Positions 1 to 10,214 of a stretch of DNA of 64,000 bases are shown in pieces (the stretch's first letter is position 1; every line of letters begins with the position of its first letter). Location of the stretch: contig CAXXVO010000014.1 of NCBI GenBank assembly GCA_963422645.2, forward strand, positions 320,001 through 384,000, read 5' to 3'. The DNA comes from Alphaproteobacteria bacterium. GTDB lineage: Bacteria > Pseudomonadota > Alphaproteobacteria > UBA828. A model generated the notes under the pieces. That model ran no database searches, was not told where the DNA came from, and saw only the letters and a program-made list of their open reading frames with translations. The position numbers and the translations under genes are program-made.

Positions 1-2492
1 CCTCCAACGCGGCGTCGGGGGCGACGGTCGTCATCTCCAATCTCTACGAGCTCGCCGAAGATACGGCGCGCCTGGCGGCCATGCTCGATGCCTTCGACCG
101 GCTGGTCGAGGCGGATCTCTTCTTGCTGGAGCGGATGTTCGAGCTCCGGATGCGTGCCTCCGAGCAGGGGCTGCTGCTGAACCAGCTCGGCCGCGCGCGG
201 GACGCCGGCGAGATCGCGTGGATCGAGGAGCGCTACAGCGGCAACCTCCGCATCCTCGTGCGCCGGGTGGCCCTGATCGACGACCCGATCCGCCGGGAGC
301 AGGGGGAGGGGCTGGTCGCCGCGCTGTCGTCCGACGGGCCGCCCGGCACCTTGGGCCTCTTCGACCAGCGCCGCCGGACGCTGGACCTCGATGCGGCGCT
401 CGCCGCCTTGGCAGACGACAACCGCGCGTTGACCGACCGGATGAACGAGGGAGTCGCCGCGGTCGTCTCCCGCTCTCAGCAGATCGCCGCCGACGCGGCC
501 GAGGCGGCGGACAGCGCGGTTGAGTTCGGCGGTCTCACCGTCCTGCTCCAGATCGTGCTTTTTATTGCCATCGCGGGCGCCATCGCCTGGCTCTACGTGC
601 ATCGCAACCTCGTCCACCGACTCAAGGCGCTGCATCGGGTCATGCAGAGCCTTGCGGCGGGGCGACTGGACGTGGCGGTGCCGACCGGGGGGCGGGACGA
701 GCTCTCCGACATGGCCGATACCCTGCGCGTCTTCCGCGACCAGGGGAACGTCAAGCAGGAGCTCGAGGAGGAGCGCGAACGGACCAATGCCGAGCTGCGG
801 CAGCAAAGGGAGGAGTTGGAGCGCCATAAGGAGGAGCTGGAAAGGCTGGTCGCGGAACGAACCGCGCAGTTGACCGAAGCCAATGCGCGGCTGGTCGAGG
901 AGGTGCAGAACCACGACCGCGCCCGTGCCCACGCCGAGCAGGCGAGCCGCGCCAAGTCGGAGTTCCTCGCCACCATGAGCCACGAGATCCGCACACCGAT
1001 GAACGGGGTTCTCGGCATGCTGCGGCTCATGGCCGACGGCCCTTTGAACGAGCGGCAGCGCCAGCGGGTCATGCGCTCGTCGAGCGAAATCCTGCTCGGC
1101 ATTCTCAACGACATCCTCGACTACTCGCGGGTCGAATCCGGCGAGATCGAGGTCGAGAGCGCGGTCTTCGACCTGCACGAGCTGGTCGAGGACATCGTGG
1201 TGCTGATGCAGGGGCGCGCCAGGGAGAAGAACCTCGCCCTGTACCTGGCGATTGCGAAGGGTGTGCCGGCGGCGGTGACCGGCGATCGCCAGAAGCTGAG
1301 CCAGGTGCTGCTAAACCTGCTCGGCAACGGCATCAAGTTCACGGACCGGGGCGCGGTCACGCTCGAGGTCGCGAAGGGAGCGGAGCCCGATGCGATCCGC
1401 TTGGCCGTCCGGGACACCGGCCCCGGCATCGCCGAGGCCGACCTCGCTCACCTCTTCGAGCCCTTCTATCAGGCGGCCGCATCGCGCCGGCACGGGCAGC
1501 AGACCGGCACCGGGCTCGGCTTGGCCATTTCCAAGCGTCTGAGCACGGCGATGGGGGGGCACATCGCGGTGGAGACGGAGCCGGGGGACGGCAGCTGCTT
1601 CTCCGTGACGCTGCCGCTGCCGCAGGGCGAAGCCGTCGCCCTGCCGCCGGTCGAGGCGATGCCGCACAGGGTGTCGGGGCCGGAGCGGGCGCTGGATGTC
1701 CTCATCGTCGAGGACAACGTGGTGAACGCCATGGTGGTCGAGGCCTTCATCGGCCGGATGGGTCACACGCCGCTCGTCGCGCCCACCGCGGAAGAGGGGC
1801 TCGAGCTCCTGGAGGAGCAGGCCTTCGATCTCGTTCTCATGGACATCAGCCTTCCGGGCATCGACGGCATCGAGGCGACGCAGCGCATCCGGGCCCACGC
1901 CGATGCGGCGATCCGCTCGCTGCCGGTCATCGCCATGTCGGCCCACGTGTTCGACAACGAGGTCGCCCAGCACCTGCAGTCCGGGATGGATGCCTTCATC
2001 GGCAAGCCCATCGCACCCGACGGCCTGGCGCAAACCATCACCAGCGTGCTCGGGCGCACGCCCGGCGAGCGTGCGGCCATTGACGGCGGCCGTGCGGCGA
2101 GCGGAGGGGAGTCGATTATCGACCCCGCCGTTCTCGCGCAGGATCGTGCGGTGCTGGGGGCGGAGCGCGGCACCCTGATGGTCGATACCTTTATCGAGAC
2201 GGCGCCGGCGCAGATCGACGGCATCAGAGAGGCGCTGGCCGACGGGCGGTGCCAGAGGGCGGCGGACCTCGCCCACGCGCTGAGAGGAGCCGCCGGCAGC
2301 CTCGGTCTGCGCCGCCTCGCGGACCGCTGCGGCGTGCTCGAAGCGCGCGCCCGCACCCCGGAGGCGGTGGCAGTTGCCGAGGAGCTGGACCGTTTATTCG
2401 ACGAATCGCGCGAGGCGCTGCTGACGCTCTGGGCGGGCCTCGAAACAGCCGAGCGTGAGGGTCAGGTGGTGACCGCCGGGGTGAACAGGTAA
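1..2492 (+). CDS. torS: TorS/DorS-like hybrid sensor histidine kinase, 5' end outside the window
   Basis: The frame is open from the window start (SNAASGATVVISNLYEL...). It has a TM segment, HAMP, H-box FLATMSHEIRTPMNG, NLLGNGIKFT, GTGLGL, a receiver domain and an HPt motif (AHALRG). It is convergent with a TorR-like gene. Confidence 0.8.
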   Translation, partial: SNAASGATVVISNLYELAEDTARLAAMLDAFDRLVEADLFLLERMFELRMRASEQGLLLNQLGRARDAGEIAWIEERYSGNLRILVRRVALIDDPIRREQGEGLVAALSSDGPPGTLGLFDQRRRTLDLDAALAALADDNRALTDRMNEGVAAVVSRSQQIAADAAEAADSAVEFGGLTVLLQIVLFIAIAGAIAWLYVHRNLVHRLKALHRVMQSLAAGRLDVAVPTGGRDELSDMADTLRVFRDQGNVKQELEEERERTNAELRQQREELERHKEELERLVAERTAQLTEANARLVEEVQNHDRARAHAEQASRAKSEFLATMSHEIRTPMNGVLGMLRLMADGPLNERQRQRVMRSSSEILLGILNDILDYSRVESGEIEVESAVFDLHELVEDIVVLMQGRAREKNLALYLAIAKGVPAAVTGDRQKLSQVLLNLLGNGIKFTDRGAVTLEVAKGAEPDAIRLAVRDTGPGIAEADLAHLFEPFYQAAASRRHGQQTGTGLGLAISKRLSTAMGGHIAVETEPGDGSCFSVTLPLPQGEAVALPPVEAMPHRVSGPERALDVLIVEDNVVNAMVVEAFIGRMGHTPLVAPTAEEGLELLEEQAFDLVLMDISLPGIDGIEATQRIRAHADAAIRSLPVIAMSAHVFDNEVAQHLQSGMDAFIGKPIAPDGLAQTITSVLGRTPGERAAIDGGRAASGGESIIDPAVLAQDRAVLGAERGTLMVDTFIETAPAQIDGIREALADGRCQRAADLAHALRGAAGSLGLRRLADRCGVLEARARTPEAVAVAEELDRLFDESREALLTLWAGLETAEREGQVVTAGVNR

Positions 2493-3166
2493 CCCTCACC
2501 GTGCGCGGTCACGATGATCTCGGGGTTTTTCGGATTCTGCTCGATCTTCCGCCGGAGCCGTCGGATCAGGACGTCGATGGTCCGATCGCCCGGCTCCCAT
2601 GACCGGTGAGTGATCAACCCGAGCAGGCGTTCCCGCGATAGCACCTGGCCCGGATGATCCACCAGGGCCGCGAGCAACTCGTGCTCGGCCCGGGTCAGCT
2701 GCACGGTCTCGCCTTGTGGCGAGACCAGCTTGCGGGCCGCCGTCGAGAACTCCCAGCCGGCGAAGCGCCGCCCCGGGGAGGGCTCCCGCGTGCCTTCCTT
2801 GGCGCGGCGCAGGACGCTCTTGACGCGCGCGAGCAGCTCCCGCGGGTTGAAGGGCTTGGTGATGTAGTCGTCGGCACCGATCTCCAGGCCGAGGATCCGG
2901 TCCACTTCGTCGTCGCGCACCGTGACCAGGATAATCCCGACGTTGCTCTGTGCTCTCAGCTTGCGGGTCAGATCGAGGCCGTCTTCGCGCGGCAGGTTGA
3001 TGTCGAGCAGGATGAGATCGGCGGCATCCTTCTCGAGGATGCGCCACATGCCCTGGCCGTCCTCCGCCTCGCTCACCCGATGGCCTGCCGCTTGGGCATA
3101 GCCGGCGAGCTTGGTGCGGGTCACGGCGTCGTCCTCGACCACGACGATATGAAAGGGGTCGGTCAT
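2462..3166 (-). CDS. torR: TorR/DorR-like OmpR-family response regulator
   Basis: HIVVVEDDAVTRTKL, LLDINLP, GADDYITKPF and winged-helix DRTIDVLIRRLRRKIE. ATG at 3166 follows GGAG. Confidence 0.8.
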   Translation of the reverse strand: MTDPFHIVVVEDDAVTRTKLAGYAQAAGHRVSEAEDGQGMWRILEKDAADLILLDINLPREDGLDLTRKLRAQSNVGIILVTVRDDEVDRILGLEIGADDYITKPFNPRELLARVKSVLRRAKEGTREPSPGRRFAGWEFSTAARKLVSPQGETVQLTRAEHELLAALVDHPGQVLSRERLLGLITHRSWEPGDRTIDVLIRRLRRKIEQNPKNPEIIVTAHGEGYLFTPAVTT

Positions 3167-3197
3167 CTCCGGGCCCCGCGCCTCGATCTCCTCTGCA

Positions 3198-3257
3198 TTT
3201 TCACATCTTTCATGAACTTTTACAGGCTGTTTATCGCAAGGGTGTGTCTTGTTCACA
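3198..3257 (+). promoter_or_regulatory. Putative TorR/DorR-type direct-repeat boxes
   Basis: TT(C/T)A(C/T) pentamers at 3200, 3209, 3219, 3230 and 3252 in the AT-rich tract upstream of torR. Confidence 0.5.
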
Positions 3258-3309
3258 ACGCCCCTCTAGGCTTGCAAGCTCGGAGCGGGATCCCCCGCAC
3301 GATAGCATG

Positions 3310-5232
3310 CCTGACTTCGACGGTTGATTCGCGTAAGTATTTGAAATTGGCCGGTTCTCATTTCCGGCCAGGCACTACATCCGGCGGCGCTGCGAGACCG
3401 GGCCGGGTTTCGTCGGCGGTCAGTCGAGCTGGTACGGGGTGATCGTCAGGGGCAGCCCCATGGTCGCATAGATCTGTTCCGCCGCCGGTGTCGGCTTGGA
3501 GGGGATGACGTAGCGGTTGCCTGATTGGCGGCAGCGCAGGACCGAGCATTGGCGGTGGACGAGGGCGGAGCGGATGACTTCCGGGGACATCCGCCGCTTC
3601 TGGATGGCGACGCGGTAGGCGAGGTGGCGGACGCAGGCGAAGGCCATGAAGGCGATGGCGATGTGGGCGCGGATCCGGTCCGGGTTCCAGTGCCAGATGG
3701 GGCGCACCCGCAGGTCGTGCTTGGTGATCCGGAAGCTCTCCTCGACCTGCCAGAGCCCGTGGTAGTGAGACATCACTTCGGTGACGCTGGCGTCGCGCAG
3801 ATTGGTGATGACGCCGGCGAGCCCGTCCCATCGCTCGGCCTCGGCGATCTTCTCCGGGTTCACCGTGAGCCGGGCTTCGCCCTCGACGGCGATGAAGCGC
3901 TTCGCCCCGTGATTGGAGAGCAGCTCCTTCGGATTGTCGCTGCGGGCCAGCCTGTCGAGCAGGCGCTCCACCTGCTTGCGGCGCTCGTGTGCGTCCGTGC
4001 GCGCGCGCACGGGGCAGAAGACGACGATCAGGCGCCGGCCCTTGTGCTCCCATTCGCCGACCCGGCGCTTCTCCGGGCCCTCCAGCGGGGCATAGGTGCC
4101 CGGGTCGAGAATCTGCTTCCGCAGCGCGAGCGGCAGCTTGCGCAGCCGCGCGCCGACGACGTACTCGCCGCCGATCGTGTCCATGGCGTCGAGGTTGTCG
4201 GCGCTCAGCATGCCCCGGTCGGCCACGCACACCGTGCGCTCCACCTGGTGGCGGCGCTGCATGTCCTGCAAGACCGGGACCAGGCTGTGCCCCTCGTAGG
4301 TGGCGCCGGGAAAGACCTCGTAGCCGATCGGCAGCCCTTCGCGCGTCACCATCAATGCCAGCAGGACCTGCGAGTCCTTGTGCTTGCCGTCCTTGCTGAA
4401 GCCGTGCTGGCGAAGCTCGTCCTCAACCGCGGTCTCGAAGTAGAGCGTGGTGCAATCGAAGAAGAGGAGCGCGACCGGCTCCGGCAGCAGCGATCGGCTC
4501 GCCTCGCCCACCTGCGTGCGCAGACGCTCGATCACGGTCGCGCCGAGTTGGTCCATCATGCGGTAGACCTTCTCAAGGGGAAGGCTCACGCCGAAGTCCT
4601 CCTCGAGCCGGCGCACGCTGCCCCGCTTGCTGTCGGGGTTGGCGATGCGTGCCATCACCACGTGGAACAGCGCGTCGTGCGAGGCCCGGTAGCGCGATCG
4701 CGGCAGCAGCGCATCGAGGCCCAGCAGGCGGTACATCTCGCCGTAGACCTCGTGGACGCCAGTGATCAGGCGCTGCTCCTCTTCGAGTTGCTTGAGATCG
4801 ACCGGGAGTTCCTGCTTGCCGTCGCCCTGGCGTCCGACGCGGATCACCTGGTCTGCGATCTTCTCGGGCGCAAACAGCAAAGGCTGGCGCTGGTCCTCCA
4901 GCTTCGCCTTGACGTACTCGCCGAGCTGCCTCAGGCGCTCGAGCTCGTCCTCGTCCATGGCCACGCCGATGTGGCGAACGATGCGCTGTCGGACCTTGCC
5001 GCCGTCGCGCACGGCCTCGACGAGCTGGACCGAGCGTCGCGGGCTGTTGGGCGTGGTCTTGATGCGAACGAACACGGGGAAAGTGTAGCGCGCGGCGGGG
5101 GTATCGACAACCACATATACCTACTAGGCACTACAAAGCGGCTTGACCGCACCGCAACTTCTAAGTCATTGTCTTTGCAGAAAACTCCAGACGGGAGATC
5201 AGCCAAAATCCGGCCCAACCGTCGAAGTCAGG
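3310..5232 (-). mobile_element. IS1634-family element, copy 1 (1923 bp)
   Basis: 17-bp TIRs CCTGACTTCGACGGTTG/CAACCGTCGAAGTCAGG. Same length and protein as 31869-33791. No flanking direct repeat. Confidence 0.9.
3420..5075 (-). CDS. IS1634-family DDE transposase
   Basis: FFDCTTLYFE, GFSKDGK, VADRGM, LWQVEESFRITK and RIRAHIAIAF. Probable GTG start (MFVRIK). Confidence 0.88.
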   Translation of the reverse strand: MFVRIKTTPNSPRRSVQLVEAVRDGGKVRQRIVRHIGVAMDEDELERLRQLGEYVKAKLEDQRQPLLFAPEKIADQVIRVGRQGDGKQELPVDLKQLEEEQRLITGVHEVYGEMYRLLGLDALLPRSRYRASHDALFHVVMARIANPDSKRGSVRRLEEDFGVSLPLEKVYRMMDQLGATVIERLRTQVGEASRSLLPEPVALLFFDCTTLYFETAVEDELRQHGFSKDGKHKDSQVLLALMVTREGLPIGYEVFPGATYEGHSLVPVLQDMQRRHQVERTVCVADRGMLSADNLDAMDTIGGEYVVGARLRKLPLALRKQILDPGTYAPLEGPEKRRVGEWEHKGRRLIVVFCPVRARTDAHERRKQVERLLDRLARSDNPKELLSNHGAKRFIAVEGEARLTVNPEKIAEAERWDGLAGVITNLRDASVTEVMSHYHGLWQVEESFRITKHDLRVRPIWHWNPDRIRAHIAIAFMAFACVRHLAYRVAIQKRRMSPEVIRSALVHRQCSVLRCRQSGNRYVIPSKPTPAAEQIYATMGLPLTITPYQLD

Positions 5233-5315
5233 GAACTTCCGGCCATTCTGGCCAAGAGCGCGAGATCAACAGAGCGTCGGTTGTCAAGTGCCACATCTAG
5301 ATGCCATCGAATATG

Positions 5316-6036
5316 GTAACTGCCCAGGTCGTCTGATTTGTCATTTTGGGCCAGTGGATTGAGGCGTTTCTCGTTCGGAGTTGGTGGAAAGGGCTTGACG
5401 GGAATTTCGGGAAATGACTCAACAACGACATGAGCAATCCCGAGTCGCCGCGCGGCCCTTCGACGGGAGCAGCGCCCGAAACGCCCGCGCAGAAGATCGC
5501 CCGCCTGGAGGAGGAGAACGCCCGGCTTCGGGAGGAAAATGCCTGGCTTCGGCAGCAGAACGCGCGGCTGGAAGAGCAAGTCGCGCGTCTCGTCGAGCGC
5601 ATCGAGGAGTTGGAGCGCCGTCTCGGCCTCAACAGCGGCAACAGCGGCAAGCCGCCTTCGAGCGATGGGCTGAGGAAGCCGAATTCGAAGCGGCGAACCC
5701 GAAGCCTGCGCGGCAAATCGGGCCGCAAGCCCGGTGGCCAGCCCGGCCACAAGGGCAAGACGCTGCGCCGCGCCGATCACCCGGATCGGGTGAAGGATCA
5801 CGTCCCGGCTTCCTGCAAGGGATGCGGTTCGCCGCTTTCGGACGCGGCCAGGGCGGGAACGCCCGTCGCCCGCCAGGTGTTCGATCTGCCCGAGCCGAGC
5901 CCCCTGGAGGTGACCGAGCACCGGGCGCATGCCAAGTGCTGCGGGCATTGCGGGACGGTGACCCGGGCGGCGTTCCCCGACGGGGTGTCGGCGCCGGTGC
6001 AGTACGGCCCGCGCATTGCCGGGGTGGCGGTCTACC
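5316..6036 (+). mobile_element. IS66-family element type A, left part truncated by IS21
   Basis: Starts GTAACTGCCCAGG. The ORF from 5430 has a leucine zipper, NSGKPPSSD, GGQPGHKG, a Zn ribbon and PVQYGP. Confidence 0.88.
5430..6036 (+). pseudogene. IS66 transposase N-terminal fragment
   Basis: Cut at ...GVAVYL by the IS21 end. The continuation is visible in the fragment at 20471-21200. Confidence 0.85.
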
Positions 6037-6127
6037 TGTCAATCGGCTTTCAATACTGACCCCCGATCGGCGTGCAAAATTGACCCCCCTGAGTGGCAAC
6101 CGGGCCGCAAGGGAGGCCGGCGGCGGG

Positions 6128-6856
6128 TCAGGAGCGGTTCTTGAAGCGCCAGCTCTCGTTGCCGGTCTCGATGATCTCGCAATGATGGGTGAGGCGATCG
6201 AGCAGCGCTGTGGTCATCTTGGGGTCGCCGAAGACGGATGGCCATTCGCCGAAGGCGAGGTTTGTGGTGATGACGATCGAGGTGCGCTCGTAGAGCCGGC
6301 TCATCAGATGGAAGAGCAGCTGCCCACCGGCCTGGGCGAAGGGCAGGTAGCCGAGCTCGTCGAGGATGACGAAGTCGCGGCGGACGAGCTGGTCTGCAGT
6401 GCGGCCCTGGCGTCCGGCGCGAAGCTCGGCCTCGAGGAGGTTGACCAGGTCGACGACGTTGTAGCACCGGCCGCGCGCGCCCTTGCGGATGCAGGACCGC
6501 GCGATGGCGACGGCGAGATGGGTCTTGCCGGTACCGGTGCCGCCGACCAGCACGATGTTGCGTTTGCCCTCGAGGAAGCCGCCGCCGGCGAGCTCCTGGA
6601 TCAGGGGCTCGTTGACCGGCGAGGCGGCGAAGTCGAAGTCGGCCAGCTCCTTGACCGTCGGCAGCTTGGCGGAGGCCATCTGGTACTTGATCGAGCGGGC
6701 CCTCTTGTCGGCGATCTCGACCTGCAGCAGCGTACCGATGATCTGTTGCACCGGATGGCGGCGCTTGAGCCCGTCGGCAAGGATGTCGTCGTAAGCGGCG
6801 CGCATACCTGCGAGCTTCAGCTGGGTCATCATCTCCAGCACATCATGACGCTCCAT
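6128..6856 (-). CDS. istB: IS21 helper ATPase IstB
   Basis: [24 protein letters not shown] and LLDRLTHH. Confidence 0.95.
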   Translation of the reverse strand: MERHDVLEMMTQLKLAGMRAAYDDILADGLKRRHPVQQIIGTLLQVEIADKRARSIKYQMASAKLPTVKELADFDFAASPVNEPLIQELAGGGFLEGKRNIVLVGGTGTGKTHLAVAIARSCIRKGARGRCYNVVDLVNLLEAELRAGRQGRTADQLVRRDFVILDELGYLPFAQAGGQLLFHLMSRLYERTSIVITTNLAFGEWPSVFGDPKMTTALLDRLTHHCEIIETGNESWRFKNRS

Positions 6857-8357
6857 GACCGGCCTCCCTCAGGCTGTCGTAGCGCTGACAGTCGGCTACC
6901 GGCTTGTGGCGAAGCTGCAGGCCCTCGGGCGTCGGGATGATTGCCGGCGGTGCCGGCTGGCGCTGCCGGGCGAGGATGTTGAGCACCACGTCGGCGCTGC
7001 AGGCACCGCAGTCGAGCGTCTCGGCACAGGCCGCCTCAACCGCCTCCAGTCCGTCCTCCAGCACCGCCGCGAGCACCTTGACGAACTGCCGGTCGCCGTC
7101 GTCGTGGCCCGCGAGCCGGGTTCGCAGGCGGCCGAGCGCGTTGGGCAACTGCCAGTCCTTGAAGGGCGCGCCATTGCGTAGCGCGCCGGGCTTCCGCGTC
7201 AGGATCGGCACGTAATGCCACGGATCGTAGACGAACCGGCCGCGCCCGAAGCTGCGGGGGTGCTCGGCAACGGTCTCGCCGTCCTGGCGGATGACGATCC
7301 GATCGGCATAGGCCCGCACGTCCACCGGCCGGCCGACGGCGCGGGCCGCGACGCTGTACTGGTTGTTGTCGAAGCGCACCAGACAGGTCTTCGAGACCGA
7401 CACCTCGCTGGCATGGAAGCCGTCGAAGGGGCCGCGATACGCCATCAGGAAGGGCTGCTCCTCCTCGAACACCTGCCACACCGTCTTGCCCGGGATTGTC
7501 GGATGCGGATGCTTCTTGGCGTCCTCGATGCACCGATCCATCAGCCACTCGTTGATCTCGGCGTAGGAGCGGCCCCGCGGGATGGGCACGAACAGGCGGC
7601 CGCGAAGGTCACCCACCTGCTTCTCGACCTGCCCCTTCTCCCAGCCAGCCCCTGGCGTGCACGCCACAGGCTCCACCAGATGGTGCGAGCACAGCTCCTG
7701 GAAGCGGCGGTTGTAGTCCCGCTTCTTGCCCACGAAGATCGTGCTCACCGCCGTCTTCATGTTGTCGTAGATGCCCCGCCGGCAGACCCCGCCGAAGAAG
7801 CGGAAGGCACGCTCGTGCGCCTCGAAGACCATCTCCTGGCTCTCGCGGGGAAAGATCTGGACCAGATACATCCGGCTGTGGCACAGCCGCATGTGCGCCG
7901 CCTTCACCCTGGTCGTCGCGCCCGACAGACGCGCGTACTCGTGGCTCCAGTCGAACTGGTAGGCCTCGCCGGGATCGAAGATCAGCGGCACATAGGCCTG
8001 CGCCGGCGACAACAGCCGCCACCGGCGCCGCCAGGCCCTGGCATAGCGGCGAACCGCGTCATAGCCGCCCTTGTAGCCCAGCGACACAAGGTCTTCATGA
8101 ATCCGCAGAAGAGACAGCCGATCCTTGCGTGCCTTCTTCTCGTTGGCCTTCAGCTGGCGCTCAAGCTCCTCCACCCACAGCCCAAGCTTCGGCATCGGCT
8201 GGATCTTGCGCTCGTAGCTGTGCGAGGTCGCATCGCCCCGCACCACCTTGCGTATCGTGTTCTTGGAAACCCTCAAATCCCGGGCGAGCTTCTTGATCGG
8301 AACGCCCTTCACCAGATGATCCCGACGGATCTTCGCGATCGTTTCCACAACCAGCAT
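6843..8357 (-). CDS. istA: IS21 transposase IstA
   Basis: N-terminal [21 protein letters not shown] and WEKGQVE. Confidence 0.95.
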   Translation of the reverse strand: MLVVETIAKIRRDHLVKGVPIKKLARDLRVSKNTIRKVVRGDATSHSYERKIQPMPKLGLWVEELERQLKANEKKARKDRLSLLRIHEDLVSLGYKGGYDAVRRYARAWRRRWRLLSPAQAYVPLIFDPGEAYQFDWSHEYARLSGATTRVKAAHMRLCHSRMYLVQIFPRESQEMVFEAHERAFRFFGGVCRRGIYDNMKTAVSTIFVGKKRDYNRRFQELCSHHLVEPVACTPGAGWEKGQVEKQVGDLRGRLFVPIPRGRSYAEINEWLMDRCIEDAKKHPHPTIPGKTVWQVFEEEQPFLMAYRGPFDGFHASEVSVSKTCLVRFDNNQYSVAARAVGRPVDVRAYADRIVIRQDGETVAEHPRSFGRGRFVYDPWHYVPILTRKPGALRNGAPFKDWQLPNALGRLRTRLAGHDDGDRQFVKVLAAVLEDGLEAVEAACAETLDCGACSADVVLNILARQRQPAPPAIIPTPEGLQLRHKPVADCQRYDSLREAGHGAS

Positions 8358-8476
8358 CTCCCCCACCACCCCGTCCGTCCAAACGACGAGGTGTGTTCAT
8401 GGACACAAATCCAAGGGGGTCAATTTTGGACGCCGATCACCCCCAATAGGGGGTCACTTTTCCACGCTTAACAACA

Positions 8477-8609
8477 GGTTTCGGGCTCGCAGGCGGCGCC
8501 GGTCGTCTCCAAGGTGCTGGAGACCGCGGCGCTCGCGCAGGAAGACGACGTGATCGCGGGCTTGCGCGCGGTGACCGAGGCCGCGCCCTTACCCGACGCG
8601 GCGGAGTAG
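8477..8609 (+). pseudogene. 3' remnant of an unidentified gene cut by IS21
   Basis: Coding-like frame ...SKVLETAALAQEDDVIAGLRAVTEAAPLPDAAE* begins at the IS21 end. Confidence 0.4.
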
Positions 8610-8678
8610 CGCGTCATTCGCCATTGGCGGGACACCTCTATCGGCGGCCGTGGAGGCCGGGTTTCCCGGCATGATCCC

Positions 8679-8712
8679 TTGTATGGTTATCATATAGTGA
8701 TAACTTGTCGCG
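8679..8712 (+). promoter_or_regulatory. Promoter and palindromic operator of the TA operon
   Basis: TTGTAT-N16-TAACTT ends 6 nt before the ATG. The inverted repeat GTTATCA-N5-TGATAAC spans 8686-8704. Confidence 0.6.
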
Positions 8713-9084
8713 ATGCCATTTGCTGACCGTGATCGGGGTCTTGACACGCTGCTCGATCTTCACGGTCAGACGCTCTTTGTGGACAAGGCTGGACACTGGG
8801 TGAAGTTCGTCGTGGTGCGAACCGAGGTCACTCGAGAACGTCCGCACGGACTGAGTTATTCACTGACGCTGCATGCGCCGGACGGCGCCAGGCTGGTCGG
8901 ATTCGATAACGCGCATGCGGTGAGGCAGCGTCGGGGGCCGGGAACGCAGACACGCGGAGAACGCGATCACCGCCACCGACTGCGCACGATCCAGCCCTAC
9001 GAATACCGAGACGCCGCCACCCTGCTGGAGGATTTCTGGAATGAGGTGGATGGCGTTCTGAAGGAAAGGGGAGTGACCCCGTGA
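8713..9084 (+). CDS. DUF6516/TumE-like putative toxin
   Basis: RPHGLSYSLTLH, RLVGFDNAH and DHRH. Overlaps the next gene (GTGA). Confidence 0.75.
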   Translation: MPFADRDRGLDTLLDLHGQTLFVDKAGHWVKFVVVRTEVTRERPHGLSYSLTLHAPDGARLVGFDNAHAVRQRRGPGTQTRGERDHRHRLRTIQPYEYRDAATLLEDFWNEVDGVLKERGVTP

Positions 9085-9461
9085 AGACGTTGAGGATCGG
9101 CATCGCCAACTATGGCCGGATGAAGGCACGTACCATGGCGATCGCGCGAGGCGAGCGGAAGCCCGCGAGAGGCGAGCCGACGGTCTGGTTCACCTCTGTT
9201 GAGAGCTTTGCGAAGGTGCTCTCGCAACGCAATCGCGAGCTGCTGGCAACGATTGCGCAAGAGAAGCCGGGCTCGTTGACGGAGTTGGCAGCGCTCGCCG
9301 GGCGAAACAAGTCGAACCTGTCGCGCACGCTGAAAACCATGTCGCAATACGGGCTTGTGGAATTGAAGCAGGGGCAGCGCGGTACCCTGATCCCGCGGGT
9401 CCCCTACGATCAGGTGAGCCTGGACGTGTCGTTGACTTCGGCCCCGCGGCACGCTGCGTGA
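9081..9461 (+). CDS. HTH antitoxin/transcriptional regulator (TumA/HVO_A0114-like)
   Basis: WFTSVESFAKVLS..NRELL and the HTH SLTELAALAGRNKSNLSRTLK. Confidence 0.75.
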   Translation: MKTLRIGIANYGRMKARTMAIARGERKPARGEPTVWFTSVESFAKVLSQRNRELLATIAQEKPGSLTELAALAGRNKSNLSRTLKTMSQYGLVELKQGQRGTLIPRVPYDQVSLDVSLTSAPRHAA

Positions 9462-9535
9462 ACCGGCAGGAACGCAGAGGCCGGCAATCCCTGCATTGTC
9501 CCTGCTGCCCCGCTGCGGGCGACGGCGGCCTGGCC

Positions 9536-10093
9536 TCAGCCGTTGAAGGGGACATGGGCGACGCTGTCCTCGACTTCGATGCCGAGCACGGCGCAGAAGC
9601 TGCCGAGCAGCTGGTAGTAGCCAATCATCACCACGAGATCGACGAGCCCGGCGTCGCCGAGCGCCGCGCGTAGTTCCGCAACGAGCGCATCATCCACGTC
9701 CTGCCCGCTTGCCAGCAGGCGGCAGAGGCGGAGCGAAGGCCCGACGGGTGCGGGCTCCGCCTCGATCGCGCGCGTGCCCACGGCCTTGCGAAAGCGCTCG
9801 GGCACCTTGTGGATGTGATGGTCCCATTCGTAGATGTTGCCCACTGCCTGGGCGACGGTACAGATGACCATCTCGCGCAGGTCGTTATCGAGCGCCGAGT
9901 GCCAGCGCACATGCTCGCCCACCGACGCGACAGCCCTGAGCGCCTCCGGGCTTTGTCCCATGACCGCGAACATGTTGGGCATGAAGGCGAGCTTGCGGGT
10001 CTCGACCACGTGGTCCCAGATCGACACCTGCTCGGCTGAGAGGTCGGTTCGCTCCGCCCGCGGCAGGCGCGGGGCTGCGGCATAGCTGGTCAT
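9536..10093 (-). CDS. Carboxymuconolactone decarboxylase/AhpD-like protein
   Basis: LREMVICTVA, YEWDHH and LVDLVVMIGYY. Confidence 0.75.
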   Translation of the reverse strand: MTSYAAAPRLPRAERTDLSAEQVSIWDHVVETRKLAFMPNMFAVMGQSPEALRAVASVGEHVRWHSALDNDLREMVICTVAQAVGNIYEWDHHIHKVPERFRKAVGTRAIEAEPAPVGPSLRLCRLLASGQDVDDALVAELRAALGDAGLVDLVVMIGYYQLLGSFCAVLGIEVEDSVAHVPFNG

Positions 10094-10214
10094 CGGATTC
10101 TCTCTTTCGTGTTTCCTCAGGCGCATCGCGCGCTCATGCGCGCGTTACCGCGCAGTCGCGCGCTACGGACCTGCGGTCCGGTTGTTCATATTTTCCCCGC
10201 CGAGATGACCCCGT

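Larger units (their letters stand above)
6037..8476 (-). mobile_element. IS21-family element, copy 1 (2440 bp)
   Basis: TG...CA ends with repeated AAAnTGACCCC motifs, plus istA and istB. Matches 37693-40243 except for a 111-bp indel. No TSD. Confidence 0.92.

Noticed and set aside
1045-1085. TorS pseudogenisation from a seemingly short HisKA helix (RQRQRVMRSSSE)
   Set aside because: The frame and catalytic motifs are intact, and this cannot be judged without an alignment.
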